Source of the DNA: Leucoraja ocellata
Lineage: Eukaryota
Reading direction: 5' to 3'
DNA: 64,000 bases
Assembly (NCBI GenBank): GCA_036785375.1
Contig: JAWMAR010000077.1
Coordinates: forward strand, 1,612,001-1,676,000
Below the pieces are notes generated by a model. That model was not told the DNA's origin. It was given only the letters and a program-made list of their open reading frames with translations, and ran no database searches. The position numbers were made by a program, and so were the translations under genes. Within the stretch, counting starts at the first letter, position 1. Each line of letters opens with the position of its first letter. Shown here piece by piece: positions 24,151 to 35,873 of the stretch.

Positions 24151-25208
24151 TAAACGTGTAAGACTCCCTACGATGAGAATCACATTTTATCGTGTTGCAA
24201 TAATACTTGCCGACAAAACCAGAACCAGGAGCTGAAGTGAACGGATTCTACACACATCAGTAATCAGGAGCATGTCGAGGGAGCACAACATCCCACCAAT
24301 TGTGTTCAAGAAGGAACTGCAGATGCTGGAAAATCGAAGGTACACAAAAATGCTGGAGAAACTCAGCGGGTGCAGCAGCATCTATGGAGCGAATGAAATA
24401 GGTAACGTTTCGGCCCGAAACCCTTCTTCAAATAGTGCAGTGCAGTGCTTAATGCACACAACGCTGACAGAATTGCGGTGCTCCCGCTCATTGACCAGGC
24501 GAACAATACATTTACTTTCCCCTGGCTCGCAATATGAAGATCGGCCTCGATCCTACACGCCATATATTCCTTTTCTCCAGAGATGCTGCTTGACCCGCTG
24601 AGTTACTCGAGCATTTTGTGTCTATCTTCGGTATATAGCGCCCTGCGGGCTGCTCAAGAACCCAACATAATACTATGTTGCTGGAAACCGGTGTACAATA
24701 AACCGCCGCGTCCGTTGACACTTTAATTTCATGTCCCAATGTCGCGGTAATTCGGTATCGACGGTTTAAAATGCGAGGGCTGGATGCATGAGACTGCGTT
24801 GAAAATAAGCAGACGGATATCTCCTCGGGTAGGGACGGAACAAGCGCAGAATCGCCACGGAATAGCAGGGAGACGGCAAAGCGGGAATCAAAGATAAGTG
24901 GGATAATGCTGGAACATGGCGCTGAAGTGGGAGATCAGACGGGATCTCGGTAAATGGCGAGCAGGTTCAAAGGGCCGAATGGGCGCTTCCTTCTGCCTCT
25001 TCATGTTCGTGTCCCACCCCTCCTCCAATCCTATCCTCCAATGAAACAGAGGGCCACTAAAATTCTGCCTATAAATGATGGAACACGTCTAGCGAAGGGG
25101 AGCGGAGTGGGTTAATCTCCGACACCAATATCCCGTGGAAAGGGAGTTGATTTCTCCCAGTTTCTAACCAGTTGGTCGGGTAAATCGCCCCGAGACAGAT
25201 GAGTGAAC

Positions 25209-25642
25209 ATGTGGCTGAGTTACTGGTTCCTAGCGCTGACTTTGACCTGTGCGTGTCCTGCAACTTCTGCTGGGTTTATCGGCCCATTCCGCCGTGCGTC
25301 TTTATAAATTTGTATCTGATTTTTTTTTTCTTCAGGTGAATGTTTGGCCCAGACCCTGATCCAGCCCAAAGCATCGATTAGCAAGCCTGCCGGGAAAACG
25401 GGGAGAATCGGGTGTCAAGTGAATGGAACTAGGATTAGCAGCTCCAACCCCATTCACTGGTATCAACAGAAACCCGGCCAATCGCTCACAAGGATGCTCT
25501 ACTTTACAGACAGCACGACATGGGACGAAGGATTCGGGAATTCCTACAAAATTGAAAAAAATACAGATTCTGAATTCTATCTCATTATCGAAAGATTAAC
25601 GGCAGAACAATCTGCCACTTATTACTGCGCCTACTGGCTATA
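25209..25642 (+). CDS. TRGV: TCR gamma variable segment V4, paralog of V1 (leader 25209-25248, intron 25249-25335, V exon 25336-25642)
   Basis: Leader MWLSYWFLALTLT, GTGCGT..TTCAG intron, QTLIQP..GCQV..NPIHWYQQKPG..SATYYCAYWL. Confidence 0.9.
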
Positions 25643-25681
25643 CACAGCGTGTAACATAAACACAAACTCCGCACAAAAAGC
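25643..25681 (+). other. 23-RSS of V4
   Basis: CACAGCG + 23 nt + ACAAAAAGC; spacer nearly identical to that of V1. Confidence 0.93.
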
Positions 25682-26651
25682 CGAGTGTGTACCTGATCCG
25701 GAGACTTCATCGTCCTCGACCACATGTTCTCCCAGGGCCAGGTGTTGGGGTCCGAACCAGAGGAAGCCGCTTTTGGAGTGTCCTGGCCTCCAGTTTCAAG
25801 GAAGCTTTACCTCTTCAATGTTGAGGCCGTGGCTCTGGTGTTATCCAAATTCCTGGAGGGTCGCCTTCCGTGGAGCGGTGGGTGAAGGATGTAAGCAAAC
25901 ACACGGCCCGGCCGGTGGGGCGGCAGAGGGATACTGATCCCCTGCGTTCCTGAGTTCCGCTTTACCCACAAACACCAGTCCCTGAAGGCGGCACGGAAAT
26001 CGCTATCAAAACCACCGCTCTAGTGTCTTTGATCAAAACATGCGGGGGGGGGGGGGGGGGGGGTTCACGGGGGGGTTTCATTGGCCGGCGGGAGCTTTTA
26101 CATCTGGAACCTCGATCGCCTCAATGCAGCAGTTTGATTTTAACCGCGCCGGGCGCTGAAAGGCCCCGCGAACGGAGAAAGCATCTGATAAAGTCCGGAT
26201 TACAAAACATGGGGGGGTGGGGGGGTGTCACCCACCTCTCAGAGCAGGGAGGGGGCGCGTCCCCCCTGCCCCTCCAGGATTTTCGCCCCTGCCTGCAGCT
26301 CCGAAAATGGGAATTTTCCAGTGAACAGCGACGTATCTCTGAGCTAGGATGGGCATAGAGTGTAACCTCGGGAGGAATGATCTCATTGGCCTGGTTGCCT
26401 TGCCTTTCTCGATGGAGAGACCACATCACATGGATTCAATGCTGGTGGGGGATTTCCCCCTTATCCGTAAACTGTGACCCCTTGTTCTGATCAACATCGG
26501 GAACAATCTTCCTGCATCTAGCCTGTCAAACCCCTGAAGAATTTTGTAAGTTTCTATAAGACCCCCCCCCCACCCCTGTTTACTATCTGACTGTGACCCC
26601 CCCCCCCCCCCCCCCGCACCTAGCATTGAAGCCATGTGATGTGGTCTCTCC

Positions 26652-27480
26652 AGGAAGTATCGCAGCTGGCGTCCTAGTGTCATTGCAACAACCTAGAGCT
26701 CAATGCTCTTAAGTCAGTGGAACTGATTGTACACTGTAGGAGAGCTCCCCCTCCCTTCACCCCAACCATCAACAACACCACAGTCACATCTGTGGAGTCT
26801 TTTAAGTTCCTGGGAACCATCATCTCCAAGGTAGTCTTATGTGGGGGGCTACCATCGACTCCACAGTCAAAAAGGCAAAACAGAGGATGTACCTCCTGCG
26901 GCAGCTGAGGAAGCACAATCTGCCACAGGCAATGATGATCCTATTCTACACGGCCATCATGGAGTCTGTTCTCATCTTCTCCATCATGGTCTGGTTTGGC
27001 TCAGCCACCAAGCACGACACCTGGAGGCTGCAGTGAATCGTCCGATCAGTAGAGGAGATTATTGGCTGCAACCTTCCCTCCATTGATGAACTGTACACTG
27101 CAAGGGCCAGGAAGCGAGCGGGCAAGATCATCTCTGACCCCTCCCACCCTGGCCACAAACTCTTTGAATCACTTCCCTCTGAAGGCGACTCAGGATTGTC
27201 AAAGCTGCCACAGCCAGACATAAAAGCAATTTTTATCCACGAGTAGTTGCTCTACTCAACAGCCAAAAATCTGTAGTCTCCCTTTGATCTGGTATTTTGT
27301 TGGTTCCCATGCTTGATCAATGGTGTTTTATCATTAATGTTTTATTATTATTAATGTTTAGTGTTTTCTGAGTCGTTCGTAACTGTCACTGTATGTCATG
27401 TTGTTACTTGTGGGGCAGAGCACCAAGGTAAATTCCTTGTATGTACATACTTGGCCAATAAACTTACTTACTTACTTACT
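26652..27480 (+). mobile_element. Rex1/Babar-like LINE 3' portion
   Basis: NNLELNALK..VESFKFLG..KAKQRMYLLRQLRK..FYTAIMESVL; (TTAC)n tail. Confidence 0.85.
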
Positions 27481-30014
27481 TGTTTGGGCAGTCTCGTCAA
27501 TAATAGATAAATCTGGTGTTTCTCCCAACATGCCCTTCTCATCAAGGCAGGGTCGAGTCTCTGGTTTGTCAGCCAGGAAGAGCGCACACCACCTGGTTAA
27601 GGGAGACTACTCTCCTACCAGGTTCTTGAACCAAGTTGCACAACCATATCCCTTCCTTGTTAACATTCCAGGCCACCTCTTGATATACCATGGACTTGTT
27701 TTCTAATTGTTTTGCACTAATGTCTTATTTTTTAATATATTTGTTATTGTCTTGCAAAATTTACGTATAATTTAAGTATAATTTACCTTGTGTGTGTTGT
27801 CTGAGTGTACGCACCTGTGCACATACTGTATACTCAGCCAACATCATGCTGTTGCAAGCATGATTCTCATTGTATCTGTACCCCGTGATACATGCATAGA
27901 TGAAGACTATCACCTTCACGCCATTGTACAAGTGGGGCATGTCATATCCAGAGAATGTGTTAGAGAAATCTAACACTTTACCTATGAGTTATGTCTCTGC
28001 AAGTTTGACTGGGATCTTGCACGGGTGACCTGGGATATTTGGTATAGGGCACTCTCAAGGAAATGTGATTGGAACCCACCACGCTGACCTGGCCAACCTG
28101 CAGGTACATGAAATATTAATCTTAATCTTAAATTTCTCATGTGCAACAAGAATTGAGTGAGGGCATTGGGTTCAGCAGAGGCTTTGAGACCAGAAAAACA
28201 AATCAGTAGTACTGTCGCCCTAAACCTTGGCTGATTCTCGACACAAGCTGTTCCAGTATAGGTAGCTGCTGCCATTGGTTCTATCAGATGGCAAATTGAC
28301 CAGCTAATCTGATGGTCAATGATGAAGATACAGCAGAGCAATCCAAATGACCAATGCCACGCAATCAGAACAGCCTCAATCATTAGCTAAGTGGTGGAGG
28401 ATGTCGTCACAAGGCCTTTAAATAGAAGTCACCATCAACTTGCTTGCCAAATCTCAGTTTTGATTTCATGAGGACCACTGGCCCTAGACCTCTTTGCAGC
28501 CTTGGTCCATACACATATCAGGGTGCTGAATTCCAGAGCTTAGGTGGGAGTGATTGTTCTTGATCTCAATGCAGAACATGGTTGACTGTATCCACATAGG
28601 GCCTCTGGTAAAGCTGAACTTATTAGGCATCAAAGGGAAATCCCGCCAAGGACTGCTGCCATAACTCATACTAGGGTTGATGCATGAGGATGTTGGTGGT
28701 TAACCATTTCAGACACAGAAAATCACTGCAAGAGTTTCTTCCTAGGCATCTTCAATTGCTTCATGAGATACAGTTCTAATATAAGCAGATGGGGTTAGCT
28801 TAGCTAGTCGTTACATTCAGCATTGTCTGTCAGGAAAAGACCCATTTCTATGCTGTACAATGCCAAGATTTCATGAGGTCTGATGTTTGTTGATGATTAC
28901 AAAATATCCAGCTCCATTCCCAACTACTCAGCAAATGAAGAATCATTTACTTGCAACACCAATGTGTAATCAAAATTCAGGGATGGACCAGGAAATGAAA
29001 ATTGACATTTATGTTACAGGACTACTGTGACGCCTTCAAACCCATGATGGTTTTGCATACAGCCTGTCACCACTGGCGACTCGCCATCTGCCTCACGAGA
29101 AGGTCCAGCCACAAGAGCGAGCTCAATAATAACTCCAAAGTCAGATGGACTAATTGGCCTTATTTGGCACACGGGTTATGATTGGTGAGAATGTAGGTAA
29201 AAGGGGCTCTGGAATAAACGTGACACCTTGTGTCTGGCTCAGCTATGTGCCGTTTGTTCCTTGCTTTCTGTCGTGAGATTCAGTAGATCCTACAACTGGT
29301 GACCGCATTGCTACACGCAACCTTCCACTTACTCACAAAATGTATGACGATAAATGTGACACAGTGCCAGCCGACGAAGTAAAACTCGATGTCCCAAATC
29401 GTTTTACAACCAGCGCAGGAGCGTGCTTTGACTAGTATTGACCAGAAGCTCGATTACACTCCCTCAATGTCACGAGCCAACGGACGAAATTCGGGTGCCT
29501 AGCAGCTCGTCTTCCAGAGCAGATGGCATGGGAAGTAGAGGACGTGCTCCTTAATCCTGAAGAAATGATGCCAGACAACGTGCTTACATCCGCTATTTTG
29601 GAGCGAACGCAGCCCTCGAAGCAAGCCCACATTTTGGAGCTGCTAGGAGATGATAATCTCGGCGATAGGAGGACATTCCAAATGCTGCAGAGATGGCGCA
29701 GGCTGGAGGTAAACAAAAAGATTGACGGCGATGTCTGGAAACAGAAGTTTCTCCACTGCATGCATACCAGGCACGTGCTGTCAGGGTAGGCAGGGTAAGC
29801 AGTGCCTACCCCTGAATAAAATTATAAAACCGTAATTATTAAATATAAATAGTAAAGGCACGGGAGAATTATGTTTACCTAAGAGATCGATCTCCCATGC
29901 CTTTCATCCGCAGTACATTTAAAACATGGAAGTATATGCTACTCACGTGCCATCGACGCTGCTTCAAGCCATCGGTGTCAACGGTCTATAAAGGCAGCTG
30001 AAATTCGGCCTTTA

Positions 30015-30541
30015 CATAGAAACATAGAAACATAGAAAATAGGTGCAGGAGTAGGCCATTCGGCCCTTCGAGCCTGCACCGCCATTCAATATGATCATGG
30101 CTGATCATCCAACTCGGTATCCTGTACCTGCCTTCTCTCCATGCCCCCTGATCCCCTTAGCCACAAGGACCACAACTAACACCCTCTTAAATATAGCAAA
30201 TTAACTGGCCTCAACTACCCTCTGTGGCAGAGAGTTCCACAGATTCACCACTCTCTGAGTGAAAATGTTTTTCTCATCTCGGTCCTAAAAGATTTACCCC
30301 TTATCCTTAAACTGTGACCCCTTGTCCTGGACTTCCCCAACATCGGGAACAATCTTCCTGCATCTAGCCTGTCCAACCCCTTTAGAAGTTTGTAATTTTC
30401 TATAAGATCCCCCTTCAATCTTCGAAATTCTAGCGAGTACAAGCCGAGTCTATCCTGTCTTTCTTCATATGAAAGTCCTGTCATCCCAGGAATCAGTCTG
30501 GTGAACCTTCTCTGTACTCCCTCTATGGCAAGAATGTCTTT
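30015..30541 (-). mobile_element. CR1 LINE 3' fragment inside the hAT
   Basis: KDILAIEGVQRRFTRL..TRGHSL; tail reads (CATAGAAA)n on +. Confidence 0.9.
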
Positions 30542-31227
30542 CCGCGGGCAAATGTTAAACTGTGGGCAACGTGCATGTGCAGGCAAGTTTCTTGGCGGGT
30601 TTTTCAAAGATGGGCATCTTCAGAGTTTCTCTAAGCAATCTTATGAGGAAAAGACCAAAATAATTAAAAATGGCAGACCAAAGCCAGACTAAAGAAATTC
30701 AACAGCACAAAGGAACACAAATAATGAGAACATTTAAACCAGCTTGGTACAACAGGAAAGAGTGGCTATGCCGTTGTATTTCAACAAATAGAATGTGGTG
30801 AGTAAATTTCTTTGAGCTATATGTTTTTAAATACTTTAGATGACAAATCTATATTACTAAAACTCTGATCTTGGTCACGTTTGGCCCACTGTGCTGCGAT
30901 TTCCGACAGAACGCCGCGACCTACGGCCGACATTTTTGGCCACCTCGCTCAGAGACCCCTCCACGTTAGGGTGCGGAGGATTTTTCCCATCGATGACAAA
31001 TCAGAGAGATATTAATGTTTTTTAAAAAAACACCATTCTCTCTGCTGCCCCTGTTGGAGGGAGGGGGAGAGACTATAAAACCAGGAAGTGGTGTGCCTCG
31101 CTCAGTCTCTGCAAGATGGATGAAGCCAAGGGTCACGTCTCTATGAGCTCTGAATAACACTGAACAAATGTCTACACAACTGTGAGTCCCCTTAATGTGG
31201 TTTGAAAATGAAAATATGGTTTGTTGG

Positions 31228-32015
31228 AAGTTAAAAGGCACTGCCTGCAAATGGTTGTTTGGGTGCTTTGGCTTGAAAGGCACTACTTACTGCAAATGGT
31301 GGCTTGGGTGCTTTGGCTTGAAGTTGAAAGGCACTACTTACTGCAAATGGTGGCTTGGGTTCTTTGGCTTGAAGTTGAAAGGCACTACTTACTGCAAATG
31401 GTGGCTTGGGTGCTTTGGCTTGAAGTTGAAAGGCATTACTTACTACAAATGGTGACGTGGGTCCATTGGCTTGAAGTTGTAAGGCACTACCTACTGCAAA
31501 TGGTGGCATGAAGTTGAAAGGCACTACTTACTGCAAATGGTGGTTTGGGTGCTTTGGCTTGAAGTTGAAAGGCACTACTTACTGCAAATGGTGGCTTGGG
31601 TGCTTTGATTTGAAGTTGAAAGGCACTACTTACTTCAAATGTTGCCATGAAGTTGAAAGGCACTGCCTACGGCAAATGGTGGCTTGGGTGCTTTGGCTTG
31701 AAGTTGAAAGGCACTACTTACTGCACATGGTGGCATGAAGTTGAAAGGCACTACTTACTGCAAATGGTGGCTTGGGGGCTTTGGCTTGAAGTTGAAAGGC
31801 ACTACTTACTGCAAATGGGGGCTTGGGTGCTTTGGCTTGAAGTTGAAAGGCACTACTTACTGCAAATGGTGGCTTGGGAGCTTTGGTTGAAGTTGAAAGG
31901 CACTACTTACTGCAAATGGGGGCTTGGGTGCTTTGGCTTGAAGTTGAAAGGCACTACTTACTGCAAATGGGGGCTTGGGTGCTTTGGCTTGAAGTTAAAA
32001 GGCACTACTCCAAAT
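31228..32015 (+). repeat. 51-bp tandem repeat array inside the Helitron (~16 units, some shortened)
   Basis: Unit GAAGTTGAAAGGCACTACTTACTGCAAATGGTGGCTTGGGTGCTTTGGCTT. Confidence 0.95.
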
Positions 32016-32369
32016 GCACTTATTTCCTGTTTGCACTGTATATTGATTTTAGATAAATCGCTACGACTTACGGCTGTGATTTTTGGCCATCTTACTCAGT
32101 CCCCATTCACTGAGCAGGTGCAGAGAATTCTTCTCATCAATGAAGGAAAAAAAGTGTTTTTAGTGTTTAAAAATTGTTGAGAATCTCTCTCCTGTCAATC
32201 ACGCCATGAAAGCCACACCTTTTCTGGTGGGAGGGGAAGGGGTTATAAAACCCGGAAGTGTGGGTGTGGCTCAGTCTCTGCATGATGGGGGAGGGAGAGG
32301 TCACGACTCTGTGAATCAACAGAACACACTGAACTGTGAGTTTCGTGTTTTGTGTGGTTTTATGGTAGT

Positions 32370-33992
32370 TTCACCCTGCATGAAATGGTATGAAGCTGCA
32401 TTTGAATTTGGTGGCCTTGCACCCTGCTTGAAATGGAATGAAACTGCACTTACATTTTGCGGCCTTGCCTCCTGCTTGAAGTGGTATGAAACATCACTGA
32501 ATTTGGTGGCCTTGCACCCTGCTGAAACTAATATGAAACTGCACTTGTTCAAGTTCAAGTGAGTTTATTGTCATGTGTCCCTGTATAGGACAATGAAATT
32601 TTTGCTTTGCTTCAGCACACAGAACATGGTAGGCATTTACTACAAAACAGATAAGTGTGTCCATATACCATAATATAAATATATACACACATGAATAAAT
32701 AAACTGATAAAGTGCAAATAACAGAAAATGGATATTAATAATCAGAGTTTTGTCCGAGCCAGGTTTAATAGCCTGATGGCTGTGGGGAAGTAGCTACTCC
32801 TGAACCTGGTTGTTGCAGTCTTCAGGCTCCTGTACCTTCTACCTGAAGGTAGCAGGGAGATGAGTGTGTGGCCAGGATAGTGTGGGTTTTTGATGATACT
32901 GCCAGCCTTTTTGAGGCAGCAACTGCGATAAATCCCCTCGACGGAAGGAAGGTCAGAGCCGATGATGAACTGGGCAGTGTTTACTACTTTGTGTAGTCTT
33001 TTCCTCTCCAGGGCGCTCAAATTGCCGAACCAAGCCACGATGCAACCGGTCAGCATGCTCTCTACTGTGCACCTGTAGAAGGTAGAGAGAGTCCTCCTTG
33101 ACAAACCGACTCTCCGTAATCTTCTCAGGAAGTAGAGGGGCTGATGAGCTTTCTTGATAATTGCATTAATGTTCTCGGACCAGGAAAGATCTTCAGAGAT
33201 GTGCACGCCCAGGAATTTGAAGCTCTTGACCGTTTCAACCATCGACCCGTTGATATGAACAGGGCTGTGGGTCCCCCTCCTACTCCTTCCAAAGTCCACA
33301 ATCAGTTCCTTGGTTTTGCTGGTGTTGAGGGCCAGGTTATTGTGCTGGCACCATATGAACAGTTGCTCGATCTCTCTTCTATATTCTGACTCATCCCCAT
33401 CAGTGATACGTCCCACAACAGTGGTGTCATCAGCGAACTTGATGATGGAGTTGGCACTGTGACTGGCTACGCAGTCATGAGTATAGAGTGAGTACAGCAG
33501 GGGGTTGAGCACGCAGCCTAGAGGTGCTCCCGTGCTGATTGTTATTCAGGCTGACACATTTCCACCAATACGAACAGACTGTGGTCTGTGAATGAGGAAG
33601 TCGAGGATCCAATTGCAGAGGGATGTGCAGAGACCCAGTTCTGCGGGTTTGGTAACCAACTTGGAGGGGATGATTGTGTTAAATGCCGAGCTTTAGCCGA
33701 TGAATAACAGCCTGACATATGAGTTTTTGGTGTCCAAGTGGTCCAGAGCGGAGTGGAGGGCCAGCGAGATCGCATCCACCATTGATCTGTTGTGGGGGTA
33801 AGCGAACTGCAGTGGGCCCAGGTTTTTGTCGAGGTAGGAGTTGATTTGCTCCGTGATCAACCTCTCAAAGCACTTTATCACCACCGGCGTTAGTGCCACT
33901 GGTCGATAGTCATTGAATTTGGTGGCCTTGGATCCAGCTCAAAGTGGTAGGAAACTGCACTTGAATTTGGTGGCCTTGCACCCTGCTTGAAA
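32370..33992 (+). repeat. Second (~48-bp) tandem repeat of the Helitron, split by a Rex1 LINE
   Basis: TTGAATTTGGTGGCCTTGCACCCTGCTTGAAATGGTATGAAACTGCAC units at ~32370-32547 and ~33913-33992. Confidence 0.8.
32548..33913 (-). mobile_element. Rex1/Babar-like LINE (RT) inside the Helitron
   Basis: ORF 32742-33512 PLLYSLYTHDC..IIKFADDTTVVG..NNLALNTSKTKEL; (CTTGAA)n tail. Confidence 0.9.
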
Positions 33993-35873
33993 GAGAATTT
34001 CAAGGAATAGTCATGAGTCAACTGCCAGCCCACCAGCCGTGAGTGAGCTGCCAGCAGATCAGGCTTGAGGAACTGAGCTGCCACCCCAAGAACCCATACC
34101 AGCACTCCAGGAAGCCCCCCCACTGGCCACTGATATTGGAATTGGTGGAGGTGGAATATTGCGCCGGGGGACCAGCCCACCCGTGTGAACATGGGACCCA
34201 ACGGGTCCCACTTAGTCTAGTTACTTTATAAAAGTTGAGAGAACAATCTGCGCATGCGCAGTTTTCAAGATATTTTGTTGAAAGCCGACTGACCAAAGAT
34301 ACTGACTGCCTGTCCTGACTATTTATTCACGGCACGTGCCTGATGCCTACTCAGGTATAGGGGCACCTGATAGATATGTTTCAATCGGCCAGCGTAGATG
34401 AGCTCACAAAACAGGCCGACATTGTCATGGAGCCAACCACTGCACTGCAGGTGACTGTGGTTAATGCAACAGCAAAGCCAGAAAATGCACAGCAGGAACA
34501 GCACATTGAAGCGCTCACTGCGCAACTCGAGGCTTTGGCAGCCCAGCAGATCCATCCCCGTTTCAGGTTTAACGCAAACCTTGGGGGTCAGGGACGGGGC
34601 CGAGGCGACGCCCAACGCATTTGCTGGAAACACCGGAAATATGTTGCAGCGGCCCGGTCGTGTCAACCTCCTTGCTCCTTCTACAAATATCAACACCCGG
34701 GAAACGACGAGGCCCGGCAGTAGAGGTGACAGCTGCTCGTGGGCAAACTTGCCACCGACTTTTTCTCAGTGACCGCCTTTCGGGTATGCACTATCTCATC
34801 GTCTCCGGCGCCGAGTTATCAGTCGTTCCTCCCAATTCCCAAGAGCGTTTTCACCCTAACCCTGATGCAAACAATTCTAGCATACAGACATTTGGTCAGA
34901 AATCAGTCATGTTCGACTGCAGAAAACGATAGTCGCAGTCGTGTCAAAACCCATTATCGGAGCGGATTTTCTTTCACACATTTCTATGCAGGTGGATTAA
35001 TGCCCGACGTTGGTGACGTTGGATTATGGGCGAAGACTTGTCTACCAGGTCAACAATCCGAGAACTCCAGGCACTCCAGAACTAGGACCCCTTTCTGTGA
35101 GTTTCCTGTACCTAGGGCGGCCCACTCCCACCATCAAGAAGCCACACATATCCGCTCACTTGTGAAGCCAAGTCAGTAGATAATCACAAGATGGCAAGAT
35201 GCTATCCCAGTCATCAACATTTCAGTGGAAGCAATATCTCGCGCTTTTGTTGACCGATGGATTTCGGACTTTGGGGTACCAAGTACGAACACAACAGACC
35301 GAGGACCGCAATTCGAGTCTGCGCTGTTTCAAACACTAACCAACCTCTTGGGTGCGAACCGAATTCGAACGACTGCGTATCATCCACAAACAAATGGCCT
35401 AATTGAATGGCTCCAGTTGAAAGCCGCTCTGGCAGCCGGAGGAGAAACGTCAAACTGGAGTGAACGGTTGCCTCTGGTTCTGCTTGGCATTCGTACGGCG
35501 GTGAAAGCAGACCTAAGATGTTCGTTGGCAGAAATGGATTATAGCACAACTCTGAAGCTGCCTGGCGAATTTGTCGATGCAAATTCCACAGGCAGATCCT
35601 ATGATCCAAGCAGATATGTCGATCAATTAGGCAAACTTTGCAGCTACTCAGGGCAACTGTGACATGGTGAACACCCACAATGGTCTACGTGCCTGCTGAC
35701 CTCCAACGCTGCAACGTTTTGGTCCAACATGACCCATCCACCAACCTCTTCAGCACGCATTCGATGGCCCTTACCAAGTTATCCAAATGTTACCCAAAAG
35801 TTTTGTGATCTGTTGGAACGGAAAAACTGACATCGTATCCATCGACCGGTTAGAGTCAGCATTGGTCGAGAAC

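Larger units (their letters stand above)
30848..34220 (+). mobile_element. Non-autonomous Helitron
   Basis: 5' TC, 3' CTAG (34217-34220), subterminal hairpin TGGGACCC-AAC-GGGTCCCA (34192-34210), inserted between A and T with no TSD. Confidence 0.88.
29768..34342 (+). mobile_element. Internally deleted hAT DNA transposon (Tip100-like)
   Basis: TIR CAGGCACGTGC / GCACGTGCCTG; 8-bp TSD ATGCATAC (29760-29767) / ATGCCTAC (34343-34350); transposase N-terminal remnant EEKTKIIKNGRPKPD..RTFKPAWYNRKEWLC at ~30610-30800. Confidence 0.85.

Noticed and set aside
25643-25937. Long C-terminal extensions of the V ORFs beyond CAxW (also V1, V2)
   Set aside because: Read-through across the RSS in germline DNA; removed by V-J recombination.
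29360-29387. Cryptic 12-RSS CACAGTG-12-GTAAAACTC
   Set aside because: Poor nonamer, lies in the Gypsy leader, no D or J coding segment.
31195-32180. Repetitive Cys/Trp-rich ORFs (LKLKGTTYCKWWLGCFG)n and a possible CRISPR-like array
   Set aside because: Translation of a 51-bp (17-codon) tandem repeat inside a Helitron; units are contiguous with no unique spacers and the DNA is eukaryotic.
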